Origin: Phoronis australis
Lineage: Eukaryota; Animalia; Phoronida
Length of the DNA: 64,000 nucleotides
Direction: 5' to 3'
Assembly: GCA_002633005.1 (NCBI GenBank)
Contig: NMRA01000521.1
Location: 109,348-173,347, forward strand
How positions within the stretch are numbered: the stretch's first letter is position 1; each line of letters opens with the position of its first letter. Under the pieces are notes generated by a model. The model did no database searches. It worked only from the letters and a program-made list of their open reading frames with translations, and was not told the DNA's origin. Both the position numbers and the translations under genes were made by a program. Below, piece by piece: positions 24,174 to 36,968 of the stretch.

Positions 24174-27100
24174 ATGTCAAAAACTAAACCACCAAAGCTT
24201 GATCTGCAGGCTTGTGATGACAAGCGAGAGTCAGTTGAATTGTGGTTAGAGGTATTTGGAGATTTTTGCACACTGCAGGGTTGGCGGAAATCTGAGTATG
24301 AAGCAGACGACAGGAGACATTGGAAGCCGGAGTGTTATGCCGAGGAAATTTGCGCATTTCGTCTAGCTCTTCCCATGGAAGTGTTGAAAATATTAAAGAC
24401 TACTCTCGTGCCAGCAATGACTGACACTCCGCCTGAGGACGGGTTTGATGACTTGTATAAAGGTTTTCCGTGGACGTGGCAGTCTATGTTACTAAAGCAG
24501 TACAGTACACAGGACACGGTTCTAGCCAATCGAATGAAATTTTTGGAATTGGGAAAACAAAAAAGTGGAGAATCGATTGCGGACTTTGAGTCGAGAATCA
24601 AACATTTAGGATCAAAATGTAAATACAGCACAATGAAAAACCCGGAGCAAGAGTTGTTACGTGACCGTTTTGTGACTGGTATTTTGGATGATCAGTTGAG
24701 GGCAGAACTTTTAAGGCATGTCAAAGAGGACGGTAGTGTTTTTACTTTAGCCGATGTAGTTAGCAAGGCCAAGGCATACGAGGCCGCGAACACTATAAAT
24801 CAAAAGGTCATGGAATCTCAACGTCTCGAGGAGTCGGTAAACCTTACGACACACAAGTCGCGTGCGCCTGATCGCGAGGAGTCAATTGTGACAAGAAATA
24901 AGTCGCGTGCGCCAAAGCAATACAATATATTTTGCGGTTTCTGTGGAGCGAATGAGAAACATACTCGCGTGAACTGTCCTGCTGCACGGCCTGGAGTTAC
25001 ATGCTTAAAGTGCCATGGACCTAATCATTTTGCTAGAGTCTGTCGAAATACTAGAAGCCAGTACAAAGGTCAAGGACAAGGCGGGTCACACTCAAAGCAA
25101 CTGAATATGGTGGAACATGAACATTTGGGGACTGAACAAACTAATAATGCTGAGTATACTTTAGGTTTAACTCATGATGTGAATTTAGTAGCCAATGATG
25201 TGCCTCACAAATTATTCACTAGTTTGTCAATGTCAGTTGATGGTAAAAAGTTCTCTAAAATACCCTTCCAGCTTGATTCGGCCGCAACTTGCAATACGAT
25301 GCCAGTCGAACTTTTCAAACAATTAGGGGATATTAAGAGCTTAACTCCATCTCAAGCACGCCTTCAATCCTATTCTGGCCACACGGTATTGCCTGTTGGG
25401 AAAGCCACTCTGATTTGTGACACGGGTACTAAATTTGATACTTTTGAGGTTGAGGTTGTATCGTCATCTAAAATGGCATTGCTTGGGAACCAAACTGCTC
25501 TTAAAATGCAGCTGATTGATTATGACAAAACTCGAGTCTATGGCCCCAATTTGAAACAGGAAACACCTGATGTAGGTGTGAACACTGTTCTCACTGATCG
25601 CCCTCTCACAAAAGATTTGCTATTTGATAAATATCCAGATAATTTTCGGGGTTTGGGTGATGTAGGTCAACCTGTAAAATTCACGATGGATCCCTCTGTA
25701 ACCCCAGTTCATGCACCCATTCACCGATTACCAGTTGCAAAACGTGAAAGGGTGAAAGCTAAATTAAATGAGATGGTTGCATCTGGCAAACTTGTTAAGG
25801 TCGATGAGCCAACTGATTGGTGCTCTAACATGCACGTTGTAGAGAAGCGCACCGAGTCAGGTGATGTTAAAACAAGATTGTGTCTGGATCCTAGTCAAAC
25901 AATCAATAAGGCTATTGTCATACCCAAGTATACGATTCCAACTATTCATGAGTTACTACCACGCTTATCTCCTAAAGCATACAAGTGTTTTACTATTGTC
26001 GATGCCTTGGATGGTTTTACCCAAGTGCGCCTTGATGACGAGTCAAGCCTGACCACCACAATGCAAACGCCTTGGGGTAGATACAGATGGCTTAGGTTAC
26101 CTTATGGTGCATCTTCTGCCCCGGAGGAATTCCAGAAACGCATCCATGAAGCATTAGATGGTTTACCGGGTGTTGTAAGCATTGCTGATGATATTTTGAT
26201 CTTTGGTCTTGGAGACAGTCCAGCGGAGGCTGAACGTGATCATGACGCAAATGTTGTGAGACTCATGGAAAGAGCCCAGAGCAGATGTTTAAAACTAAAT
26301 CCAAATAAAGTTCAATTTAAACTCAAGTCTATCAATTTCATGGGCCATCAAATTACTGAGTCTGGTGTTAAGGCTGATCCTAACAAGGTTAAAGCCATAA
26401 ATGACATGCCTGCCCCCACTGAAAAAAAGGGTGTAGAACGATTTCTAGGGATGGTCAACTATCTTGGTAGTTTTTGCCCAAACTTGTCATCTGTTGTCAA
26501 GCCACTGTACGATTTGACTAGGAGAGATTCCATGTTTGTTTGGTCTAAGGTTGCACAACAAGCATTTCAAAAAACTAAAAAGATGATCACGAATGCCCCT
26601 TGTTTGGCTTATTTTGATTACACTAAACCGATTGTCCTTCAGGTGGATGCTTCAGACTCTGGTTTAGGTGGTGCCCTCCTTCAGCCTGCGACTTGTGGTA
26701 AGTTGCAGCCTGTTGCGTTTGTCTCGTGCACTTTGCGCCCCAATGAACTAATGTGGGCCCAAATTGAAAAGGAAGCACTTGCAATTTGTTCTGCTTGTGA
26801 GAAATGGGACCTTTGGATATACGGGAAACAAGTAACTGTACACACGGATCACCAGCCCCTAGAAACAATATTTAAGAAGCCCCTTGCGAAAGCCCCCCGT
26901 AGGTTGCAAAAAATAATGTTGCGATTGCAGAGATACAATCTGACAGTGATTTATAAGAAAGGTACTTCACTACTTATTGCGGATACTTTGTCTAGAGCCC
27001 CTCTTCTAGCTCTTAACGAGGCTAAGCCTAACAGTTTTGAACTATTTCGAGTAGATAAAGTTCTTTGTGACTCTGAACATAATCCCCAGCTGTCATCGAG

Positions 27101-28484
27101 TACCATGAAAGAGTTACAACAAAGAACAGCCTCTGATTCCTTGCTGACAGAATTGTGTTCTGTTATTCAACATGGTTGGCCAAATTCTAAATCAAAACTA
27201 CCCATGCAACTTGCTCCTTTTTGGTCAATAAGAGACGAGATGTCTGTCCAGGACGGTATAGTTTATCGGGGCTTACAGGCTGTTGTACCTGCTTCGCTTC
27301 GGCGGGACATGCTGAAGCGTATACATTCCTCTCATGCTGGTGCTGAAAGTTGCATAAGGTTGTGCAAGGATATTATTTACTGGCCGGGTATGAGGGCTGA
27401 TATCACAGATTATTGTTCTGCTTGTGGTAAATGTGCACAATTTGCTTCAGAGAACCCAAAGCAGCCTATGTTGACACAACCGATACCACAGTATCCATGG
27501 CAATTCGTTAGCCAAGATTTATGTGAGTACAACTCGAAAGCGTACCTAGTAACGGTTGACCATTTTTCTGATTTTATTGAAATTGACCTGTTGCCAAATA
27601 CATTGTCTATGACAGTAATTGAAAAAACGAAGGCTCACTTTGCACGTCACGGGATACCCGAAGTACTATTGACTGACAATGCGCCACAGTATATCAGTCG
27701 TGAATTTTCGTCGTTTTGCTCAATGTATTCCATTGAACATAAAACTTCGTCTCCCTACTGGCCCCAGGGTAATGGAAAAGCGGAGTCGGCAGTGAAGGTG
27801 TTTAAATCCCTTGTTAAAAAATGTGATGATGTCACTTTAGGGTTGTTGTACTATCGTAATACTCCTCAGCAGGGTCACACGTTGAGTCCAGCACAGCGGT
27901 GTATGGGTCGCCGAACGAGAAGTACTCTTCCGACTCCTAGGTCACTGTTAACTCCAGCGTATTCTCCGTTAGTTTCGTCTGAGATTGAGCAGAAACGGCA
28001 AAGGGCTGCGTTAAACTATAATAAGGATATCAGATGTGATGTACCTGATATACGTTCAGGTGATTTTGTTTATGTTAAACCTTCTCCGCATAATAAATCT
28101 GGTCCCTGGGCTTATGGGCAGGTTGCAGGTAATGATTCTCCGCGTTCATATGTTGTTAACACACCTCGCGGCCAGGTTCGTAGAAATAGAGCCCAAGTGA
28201 GACTTGCTGCGCCTCCATCAAATCCTGTAGTTCAGGGATACCAAGACTCTGAGTTTGAGAGCATGCACAAGCAGGTGTATAACCCACCCCTGCTTCCGGT
28301 GGTGACACCTATGCCTATTAATATTCAAAATAATTTGCCTACGGTGGCGTCAGACCTCTCTAAGAATCATTCTACCAACGAAAATGGCCCACCAACACCA
28401 CCCATCGTTGCAAGTAGTGATAGGTCCTATTATGTCACCCGTTCCGGCCGTCAAGTGAAAACTCCTAAACGGTTTCTAGAATAA
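24174..28484 (+). CDS. Gag-Pol polyprotein (Gag with two Zn knuckles, protease, RT, RNase H, integrase), about 1436 aa
   Basis: ATG 24174 after the PBS; LRDRFVTGI; CGFCG..H....C and CLKCHGPNHFARVC; protease QLDSAATCN; RT RLPYGASSAPEEFQ, IADDILIFG; RNase H VDASDSGLG, TDHQPL; integrase HSSHAG..CGKC, TDNAPQY, GKAESAVK; C-terminal TRSGRQVKTPKRF. Confidence 0.96.
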   Translation: MSKTKPPKLDLQACDDKRESVELWLEVFGDFCTLQGWRKSEYEADDRRHWKPECYAEEICAFRLALPMEVLKILKTTLVPAMTDTPPEDGFDDLYKGFPWTWQSMLLKQYSTQDTVLANRMKFLELGKQKSGESIADFESRIKHLGSKCKYSTMKNPEQELLRDRFVTGILDDQLRAELLRHVKEDGSVFTLADVVSKAKAYEAANTINQKVMESQRLEESVNLTTHKSRAPDREESIVTRNKSRAPKQYNIFCGFCGANEKHTRVNCPAARPGVTCLKCHGPNHFARVCRNTRSQYKGQGQGGSHSKQLNMVEHEHLGTEQTNNAEYTLGLTHDVNLVANDVPHKLFTSLSMSVDGKKFSKIPFQLDSAATCNTMPVELFKQLGDIKSLTPSQARLQSYSGHTVLPVGKATLICDTGTKFDTFEVEVVSSSKMALLGNQTALKMQLIDYDKTRVYGPNLKQETPDVGVNTVLTDRPLTKDLLFDKYPDNFRGLGDVGQPVKFTMDPSVTPVHAPIHRLPVAKRERVKAKLNEMVASGKLVKVDEPTDWCSNMHVVEKRTESGDVKTRLCLDPSQTINKAIVIPKYTIPTIHELLPRLSPKAYKCFTIVDALDGFTQVRLDDESSLTTTMQTPWGRYRWLRLPYGASSAPEEFQKRIHEALDGLPGVVSIADDILIFGLGDSPAEAERDHDANVVRLMERAQSRCLKLNPNKVQFKLKSINFMGHQITESGVKADPNKVKAINDMPAPTEKKGVERFLGMVNYLGSFCPNLSSVVKPLYDLTRRDSMFVWSKVAQQAFQKTKKMITNAPCLAYFDYTKPIVLQVDASDSGLGGALLQPATCGKLQPVAFVSCTLRPNELMWAQIEKEALAICSACEKWDLWIYGKQVTVHTDHQPLETIFKKPLAKAPRRLQKIMLRLQRYNLTVIYKKGTSLLIADTLSRAPLLALNEAKPNSFELFRVDKVLCDSEHNPQLSSSTMKELQQRTASDSLLTELCSVIQHGWPNSKSKLPMQLAPFWSIRDEMSVQDGIVYRGLQAVVPASLRRDMLKRIHSSHAGAESCIRLCKDIIYWPGMRADITDYCSACGKCAQFASENPKQPMLTQPIPQYPWQFVSQDLCEYNSKAYLVTVDHFSDFIEIDLLPNTLSMTVIEKTKAHFARHGIPEVLLTDNAPQYISREFSSFCSMYSIEHKTSSPYWPQGNGKAESAVKVFKSLVKKCDDVTLGLLYYRNTPQQGHTLSPAQRCMGRRTRSTLPTPRSLLTPAYSPLVSSEIEQKRQRAALNYNKDIRCDVPDIRSGDFVYVKPSPHNKSGPWAYGQVAGNDSPRSYVVNTPRGQVRRNRAQVRLAAPPSNPVVQGYQDSEFESMHKQVYNPPLLPVVTPMPINIQNNLPTVASDLSKNHSTNENGPPTPPIVASSDRSYYVTRSGRQVKTPKRFLE

Positions 28485-28650
28485 GTGTTTTAGACATAGT
28501 AACATCATTACACTCAGGGGTTGTAGGATGCTTGTTTGCTGTAAGCAAGCATTGATGTACTTTAGTATTAACCTTTGTTTTCTATAAGCTTTATCATTTT
28601 TTTTCTGTTAACGTTTTTGAGTCTTTAAAAAAAAAACTAGACGGGGAAGG

Positions 28651-28768
28651 TGTTGAGTAGTTAGTTATGTAACTGTTAGGTGGCGCTAGTGGAGGGAGTT
28701 GGAATAAAGATGGCTTCCGTCTAAGACTGTGTTTATTTTATCACATACAAAATCCGTCAACATCAACT
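28651..28768 (+). repeat. 3' LTR
   Basis: Identical to the 5' LTR, preceded by the polypurine tract. Confidence 0.95.
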
Positions 28769-30240
28769 GGTTCACTACTCGAGGGTTCATTATTCCGAAG
28801 ATTCACTGACTCCGATGATTCACTGCTCCAAAAACATCCAAACTTTCAAACTCACATGTTTTTTTAACCTTTTACATGCAAATATAAACGATATTTTGGT
28901 TGTTAGATACACCTATACCGAAAACAACGCCCAGGCACTAAACGCTTTGTTTGGATTTCATGTCAGTGACCATCGTCTCCAGCTGGCAAGCACAACTTAG
29001 CAAACGGTGGTCAGATTTCGCCGTGCATGAGAAATTGCCCGTATATCTTAAATTGACACGACAAAATGCCGGAAAATGTTGCATGACATACATGTAAACC
29101 TCTACAGCTTTCTATACCTGAGCTAAGGAGATTTGTGTGCATAAAATCGCGCTAGATAATGACCGATGACGAAAAGTCAGGATAGTCAGTTTCATGAACA
29201 CCCAGTTGGACTTGTAGACAAAGGTCGATTTTGGTGTAGTTGAGCATACCAATTCCCCTTTGCCGCCTTGGGCAGGCCCAAGAAGTCACAATTTTAAAAC
29301 TGTCAGAATTTGGGTCAACCCTGCAGACAGTTTGCCCAATTTTTTCTAACAATTTCTGTGTCTGTCAATTTTGATCTGTACTAGAGCGTGTTGTCCAAAG
29401 CCGATGGCGTGATTCTTAGTGGGTAGTGATGAAAGGACATGTACTGTACGTGTACAATAGGTTAGCAGGTCATTTCCGTATGCCAGAGACAACAACGTGC
29501 TCATCAGGTAACGGATTGCAAGAATCTGCATACTCCTATTGGACGAGAATTGAGTGGCACAACATCAGAACTTAGTATTTGCATCATTTTATGACATTTT
29601 GTTTAATTTGTGGCAATCTAACTCAGGCGAACTCGCATTCGGTTGGCGTTGCAGGCCTCAAGCCACTTAAAGACTGGCGGGTTTGACACAGTTTGAGTGG
29701 ACGACATGTATTCTGAGTCTCGCATGCTATCGGATCACATACTTGATTCACTTTGCATTCTGAAGCGTTTTCCCATCACATATTGATTTGGATGTTGCAC
29801 AACAATGAATAAAGCTTTCAAGAATTTTGAAACGAAATATTAAATAGGTGGTTCGCTCAGCAGCCATGGCGTACATGTACATGTACATGCATGTAGGTTC
29901 ACAAACAATGAGTCTGTGCATTGTCGGAAAATTTGGCGTTATATTTGATTTCATTGACACATTGTAAGGAAACAAAGCTTGCGTGTTCATGAGAGCTTTA
30001 CCTAATGCGCAATTTTCACTATCTGAGGATATCTACATGTATGCTGTTGCATGACCAATTCACATCTTTCGAAAACAACGCACTACATTAAGCATTTCAT
30101 CACGTATATCAAATTATGTGGGACACCCATGTAATATGTATGACCTGAGAACAATCAATGTATTTTTCCATCAACAGACAATTAAGTGTATGTGTCATTA
30201 TTCACCTCAAACAGCTGAAATCAGGTTTCCATTTCCTTAC

Positions 30241-30540
30241 CGTTCTCAGTGTGTTTGCAGTACTCAATCTTGCATGATTCGAGTTTCTTCTCTTTGGCCA
30301 CATAACAAACTGGACGTGGAAGTAAACCGTAAGGATTTCGGCAGAAATTCTTCATTTCTTTGAGATTTTTCGCTGGAAACATCTGCGGAGTGATTGTGAA
30401 TGAACCCCATCTGCCGTAAGGTGCGGGCTCCGTTATATCACTCCAGTATGCGCAAGTCTTATTTGTTCTGGTAATCGCGCGCGTGCCTGTGTATGCAGCG
30501 CCTCTAGAGTCAATCGAGCATTCAAGACCTAGTTCCGTGG
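30241..30540 (-). CDS. Kringle-domain exon
   Basis: ECSIDSRGAAYTGTRAITRTNKTCAYWS...NFCRNPYGLLPRPVCYV...ESCKIEYC; tttttcag| acceptor and |gtaagg donor; 300 nt, symmetric phase 1-1. Confidence 0.88.
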
Positions 30541-32013
30541 CTGAAAAATACAACGATTCTCGAAAGTGTGGGCTTTAAGGTCACACCTTACAAGAAGGAA
30601 CAAAGTTGTGAGTCGTTATAGTCTTCTGGAATTTTGTTTGCTTAAACATTTTAGACGAACACTTAAGTGAAGACTCTCTCTTTTTCTGAAGCAAAGAACA
30701 TTTACATTCCCATGTTTAGACGTCGTCCATTCAAAATTGAACCTTAGTAAATACTTTCACTAGGCCCTTTCATTTGTATCCAGAATTTCACTTAGATTAT
30801 GGCACAAGCGGTGAAACAAGTTGTTGGTGTTGTGTTACAGAAATATTGGTATCTGACATAAATGGTGCTCCTGCCTGACAGCAAAGCGATACATGCAACA
30901 GAAAGAAGAGCATTAGTGGAGCTCCGTAACGCTGACCGGTTATTGATGGTTTCAAAAAGAAAAGATCGCCCAGCACTAAAGAACAATTCATACCTGTTTG
31001 GAATTTCCTGTTTGGACAACTCAAAAATCTGACGAGCTGTTAAAATAGCCAGCTACATGTATCAGGGGTACATTGTTTTCATAATATTGCCATTATGAAC
31101 GTAGAATCACACTGTACCCTTGACTTGGTCGTTGGGATTATTTTATTTTGAATTCAATCATGGATTTGCCTACTTACCAGTTTTGCAGGCACCCAGGGGG
31201 CTCAGGGGTTCCAACGAGCCCACCCCCATTTGGCGAAGTGTTCAAAAAGGTACGCCTCAGACGAAATGTCCGAGAAAACGAGTCGAAAGTCGTTTATAAA
31301 GACGCGAATCAGCACATTTCATGGCTCTGAACGTAGTACTCATTCTGTTTTTTTTCAGTCCCCCGTTTTTTTTCTTTGTTTGTAAAAGGTCCATATTTCC
31401 AATTTTTAATTGAAACGTTGCAAACTGCTAAAACACCAGCAACGCCTAGACTACCTTCTGACACAGCGCCACCTATATTGAAAAGTTGCCCTGTAGAAAC
31501 ATGATGAACGACACACGCAATTACGTGTGTGGCATCAAAAATGTAACAATTGTTGAAAACGTGAGCAAGATTTAATTTTCGAAAACTAATTTAATTGAAA
31601 AATGGTGCCTTTATGAATCTGTGTTCAAATCCAAAAGAATTCCACACAAGTCACGTCTCGAAAATTAACCTTACTCAGTAAACAATAAATTGTGGTTTAT
31701 CCTGGCACTAACCCGCACCTGGTTTTGTTGTTATTTTCACAGTTGTGCACACCAGTTTATCACTAACATTCGCCAATTTATAAGGATTGGTACTTCGATC
31801 GTTTGTTGAAAACCGGAAAAAGAGAAGAGTCTCATGCTGTCGTTGCTGGACAACTCGTGTTGCACAGTCATGTTTCAAAAATGTTAGATGTTTGTACCAT
31901 TTTGTATAGAACTTACACTAAAACTAGTTGTTATTGCATTGGTCTAGTAAGGTCAGTTGCAATTTTTTGATTTGTCCCCGGCACATAGGTCTTGCAAATC
32001 AGTTTTACTGTAC

Positions 32014-32346
32014 CTGAGATACAGAAATAGCGAATTCTTAGATATTTCTTCATCTGCTGATTGACGCATTCCTCTAATGCTGTATCTTGTCGAAGGTCAG
32101 CAATCAACTCTTCATCGTATGTCAGTTGCACGCTACATGAGTGCTTGTAGGCACACTGGAGATGCTGAGAAACGAATATTTGCAGATTCTTTATCTCTTT
32201 CCCGCAATCCTGTCTATTCAGACTATTGCATGAACTAGAGACATGCAAGCTTACAGAAGCTATAGCGATGACGTCATCGCCACATGACATAGTCTTAGGC
32301 TTTTGGAATTCACACACGCTCATGACTTTCAACCCATTGTTGTCGT
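32014..32346 (-). CDS. Exon encoding a divergent SUEL/galactose-binding lectin-like domain
   Basis: VCE..PKTMSCGDDVIAI...C...C...CAYKHSCSV...C...KKYLRIRYFC (8-Cys pattern with terminal KYLxxxYxC); atttcag| acceptor and |gtacag donor; 333 nt, phase 1-1. Confidence 0.7.
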
Positions 32347-32711
32347 CTGAAATGTAAAGATCCTTTACTTTCGCCCAGGTATGTTGCCAAAAACACTCGG
32401 CCTAATTATGTATAATGCATTAATACTAAGCGAACAGTGTCATTGTCCGTCATTAATGACTATTGCAATAACTGACTTCAATCGTGTCTAAACTTAAATT
32501 GAAGCACGAGAGTATAAGCCAGTGAAAACCTCTGTCGTCAAGTGTCTGAAATGAAATAACCATTGAGTCATTGCCGCTCAAAAGTTCGAAGCATTCAAAA
32601 ACTCATCACAAAGTCCTCTGAGTAGACGGGGAGTTACCTTTCACACGAATTGGATTGAGGTGTTTGACGCCCACATCATAGGCCTACCTCAGCGGGATTC
32701 ACTTTGTGTAC

Positions 32712-32790
32712 CCAGGAAAAGTTCTAACTGTGCAATGGATAAGCATCTCACGGAAGATACCAACGCAATAATAGAACATGATTGAAGCAT
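32712..32790 (-). CDS. Possible first (signal-peptide) exon of the SUEL/kringle gene
   Basis: ATG at 32790, MLQSCSIIALVSSVRCLSIAQLELFL, phase-1 donor g|gtacac. The donor is weak. Confidence 0.3.
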
Positions 32791-35299
32791 ATTTTGACAA
32801 ATTAACAAAACAGGGTGTGGTATCTTGTACTTAAACGATTTCATCGATCTTCATATGACCACAGTTATAGATACCTAGATATACCATTCATGTCGAAAAG
32901 ATGATCAACTATGTTCTGGCGACGTCACCCAACTCTAGGTCTGCTACACGTATAGTGCTCAAATGGGGTACGTGGCCTCGCGCCATTCTGTCTATTTTAT
33001 ATACCTGCCAAGGGATTCTTACAACCCCCGTCCTGTAATAATGCCTTACATATGTGTTTGTATTATGACTAGTTATTTTTTTCCGTTTCAAATGATTCGC
33101 CACTATAGCACCACAACGAGTCCTGTATTTCGAGCTTTCATTGTCAGACCCATTTTCCGATTTTTAATTTGGGCATTGACGTCATAACCATCTTCCTATG
33201 TTGACGAGGATTAAAAATGTAATTGGTCCTGTCGCAGACTGCGGTAATACATGTAAAACGCTTTTAAATGGACATTTTTTGCAAGAGCAGAGATCAGCCT
33301 CAGCCCTAACTCGAACCGTGGAACTACAGGGTGGCTGTCTAACGCTCGGCAGGTGGAGCTACATCTCACTCGATAAATACAGAGTATTATAGTGTATTTA
33401 ACTGTTGAAGTCGCCAGCCTTGATTCCAGCGAATGTCCAGCAGAAAATGGTGAGAAATATCCATTTGTAACAAAATCACATTGACTCGACGGATTTTGTT
33501 TATCATAGCTCTCCTAAACGGTAATACAATGTACGTTCAAAAAGTTTATCTCATCCAACTGTAATTCCAAAATTACGTTTTTTATCATAAAATCGATTGA
33601 CCAATTAAAATGCTTAAAATCACCAATTTCATATAAAAAATTGTAAAGCAGCTCTACCAGTCAAACAGTTGTCAAGTAAGAACACACACAAGGTCTGCAT
33701 GACGATATGTCAATTAGCTGACATCGAGTTAGTAGGATTTATTGTTCGATACATTGTACGCGAAATTGGAATAACTCTAGTCATCTTAAGCTGCTTATAG
33801 CGTGAAAAGTCGTCATCTATTGCTGTTTACGTTTTCCTGTGCTTCATGGTATAGTAAGGTACGGCTGTGCGTTGCGTTTGTGGTGGCTGCGACAACTTAG
33901 TATTTGACTACGGTGTGGCTTTTTCACTTTTTTTGCGGGACATCGGAGAAGCTTGAACATGACGTAGGTTTGTACAATGGGCTCTCGTGTTGGTGTCTCT
34001 TGTTGGTGGTCACGACACACTGACGCTGAGCACGTTCATACGTCACACTCATGTCCATGAAGCTCAGAAATTTTCAGTTAAATTCTCATTTCTTCTATTT
34101 TATCGTTTTTCGGAATGCTATCTCGATTGTGATCTGCAGTGCTACAAACCAAGGTCTAATGACGCTGAAGTTGAAGTATAATTTGTGAAAACAGGGTAAA
34201 TGGTGGTGTTAAACACTTGAAGCCTCTCACCTGTTGCTAATGCTCTAGCTACAGTAAGCCAAAGGAGACACGACACTTCTAGAATATTCAAAATGTTCAC
34301 ATGTAGATGTCAATTAGAACTTAATATTTTATCAAATCAACAATGTTACTCAGCGTTCTACAATATACTCAGCGCAGAACAAATCTGCAACCCTAAATAA
34401 CTGCAGTTGTCCATCAAGAAGTAAACATGTGGAGAAAGGACACGCGGTAACACTTTTAAACTGACAACATTTAAGAAAGTAAATTGAAATATTACGTGCC
34501 AAGCTTTAATCTGTTAATCACATACGGGCACATCTTTGGGACCGGATATCAGAGTTACTCTTCCAAACCTTAACGCTTCATTTCACCATCATGCACTCAG
34601 CTGGAAAACGTGTCTGACTTAAACACTTTAATGTGTTATTTGCGTAGGCCAATTGTCACAATGACGTCATGCAAAAGTGGCCACTGGATTGTAAGAACAC
34701 TATATAACGTGACGACATTCTGGGCTTGCATTTGTCATGTCAAGTCCTTCGAAATATTTGTCGCGAACACTAAACACCTTCTCATTTGAAATGAGCTTTT
34801 CTTAAATTAATGAGTTTCGAAAAAAGGAATTAAATTTAATAATTACTAAGGTATTGCCTAGACATTACCACACTTGCAAATTCATTAATTGGTCTATCGT
34901 ATATACTGTATACATATACAGGTATATGACATACCACTCAAAAGAATGACGTCGGTGGTATAGATCAATAAAAGGCCAGCAGGGGTGTGAGGGTACTGTG
35001 GGAGAATGGCACTCTAGTGTCAAATAATGTTAGAGAACAAGGCGGTCATCTCATCAGGGCCGTCATACACCGGAAGCTGTTTAACCTTCCGTCGGAGCGC
35101 TGCAGTTGCACGCAGCAATGCGCATACAAGCCTTCAACACTGTTCAGGTTCCGAATAACCTGCTTTTTTAGCTTAGCTGTGGATTTTCACTAAGCATGTT
35201 ACATAGGTATCGCATAATTGAATTTTACCAAGCTTGAACCAATGAGTTAATCATCAGCACTGTGTTTGTGCACTTATCCAGTGTATGGAGTGAAATTAA

Positions 35300-36968
35300 A
35301 GGAGCATGCCACCCAAAAAAAATCTAATTTGTATCAATTTAGATCGAGTAGTTCTACTCCATAACGACACGTACGGTTGCGTTACCTGACACCTGACGAC
35401 AGACGGAATTGTTGAAATTATCCAATGACGTCATCGGTTTCACACGCAGTCTGTTCAGCAGTTCACAACATGGGTTACTGATGTCAGCTTATCGCTTGAA
35501 GTCATCGTTTAACACCAATAAATCATCTTCGATGTTAAAGCCTTAAAAATACACCGAGTTCTGATAAAAACGTGTTGTTTTATTTCGCTCTTACGGATTT
35601 ATTGGTATTTGGACACACCGTAGCCTACAAAGTTCGGCAGGCCAATAAGGTCCGTAGCAGGAGTTTGGGGTCTGTTCGGAGATAATTTCGAAGTATTTTC
35701 CGTGAGATACAGACAGGAGAACCTAGATCTGTGTTGTTTAGACTTGTGATTTTTTGAGTTTTAAACACAAAACGCTTGTTATCCTGGCCAGTATCTCGGA
35801 GCCCGATCAGGCCCGTCGCGGCCGGCCGGATTGACTCGGGCCGCCGGCCAGTGGCTCGGAAACTGATCAGACATCACGCACATAAACCAGCCACAGTTCA
35901 GTGGAAATTAAATTTCCAGTCAAGAAAATACTATACTAGTGAGCCAAAGTAATGTGCACGTGATTATGTTGGTGAATTAGCCACGAAACTGCAAATCTAC
36001 TTACTCGTCGGGGGCCGCGAATTCAGGATCCGCTTTGGCCACAGCACCGTCAGGGCAGAAGTCGTACATTGATAATCATTATTTGAGTAATGTAAATGTA
36101 AATAAAGATTCCACTAAAACACCTGGCCGTGGGATGGAAATCGAGTTGTTTCACAACAGTTTCTGTCAGCAAACACTAAATTAGCACGAGCTCACACGGC
36201 CTACTCGTCGTTTTATTGCAATTCAAAAGCCGGTAACGCAGTGATTTATTCGTTGCTGGCTTCTCAAATCATTTGCACTCCGACGAACACTCCAAAGGCA
36301 TTACAAATTGCATCTAATGAGACAGACTTTGTTTCAGTTTTACATAAGTATTGGTTAGGGTGAGAATAATTCACTTTGAAACAGAACGCTCAGTAATAAA
36401 CGCCAACATGGCAACTCGATATCCCGACTTAGGACGAGCTAGAGCTCATCAGTCCTGACTTCGCAGGTGGATCGTTAAGTTTTACAGGCTATCAATTCGA
36501 AAAGGAATACAGTGATGAAGAAATACTAGAGAGGCGCGGTGAACAAGCTCAGACAACAGAACGTATGCAGTTATTTGGTAAGCCGGCATTCGTCAGGCAC
36601 TGTCGACGTCTGCAGGTCACAGACACGGAGATGTTTCACGACCTCATACTTGCTCTTTACAGCGTACATTTCATTCTTCACTACCATGAGCCACTTCCTA
36701 AGCATTTCGGACTCTCGAGGAAGTAAAAAAAACGATATACCCGCTTTCCTCGCAGCTGCTTAGTTCGGACAAGCGGGAACGATGCACCGCAACATAGCGG
36801 CATTCACTCTGCATATGAACCACTGACGTCGCTAGCGTCGTATCTCACCTTCCTCAAAGGTTAACGCGACACCTCTTGGCAAGGTAAGGTCGACTGTATG
36901 CGAGGCGATGTGGATATAGATCGATTAAGACGGCAAAAAAGACTAATTAAATCGGGTGGCATTCTCCT
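35300..36968 (+). mobile_element. Non-autonomous Kolobok-like DNA transposon
   Basis: TTAA|aggagcatgccaccc ... gggtggcattctcct|TTAA: terminal inverted repeats with TTAA target duplication. Internal relic GYQFEKEYSDEEILER (about 36488-36535) resembles the YxFEPEYSDEE start of KolX/P2X7-tail-like proteins. Confidence 0.75.

Larger units (their letters stand above)
24030..28768 (+). mobile_element. Full-length Ty3/gypsy LTR retrotransposon (Mag-like clade)
   Basis: Identical 118-bp LTRs (24030-24147, 28651-28768), 4-bp TSD GGTT (24026-24029, 28769-28772), PBS at 24148, polypurine tract agacggggaagg just before the 3' LTR, single intact gag-pol ORF. Confidence 0.97.

Noticed and set aside
30792-31024. 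Two overlapping minus-strand ORFs between the SUEL-like and kringle exons
   Set aside because: No recognisable domain and no convincing splice-site pair.
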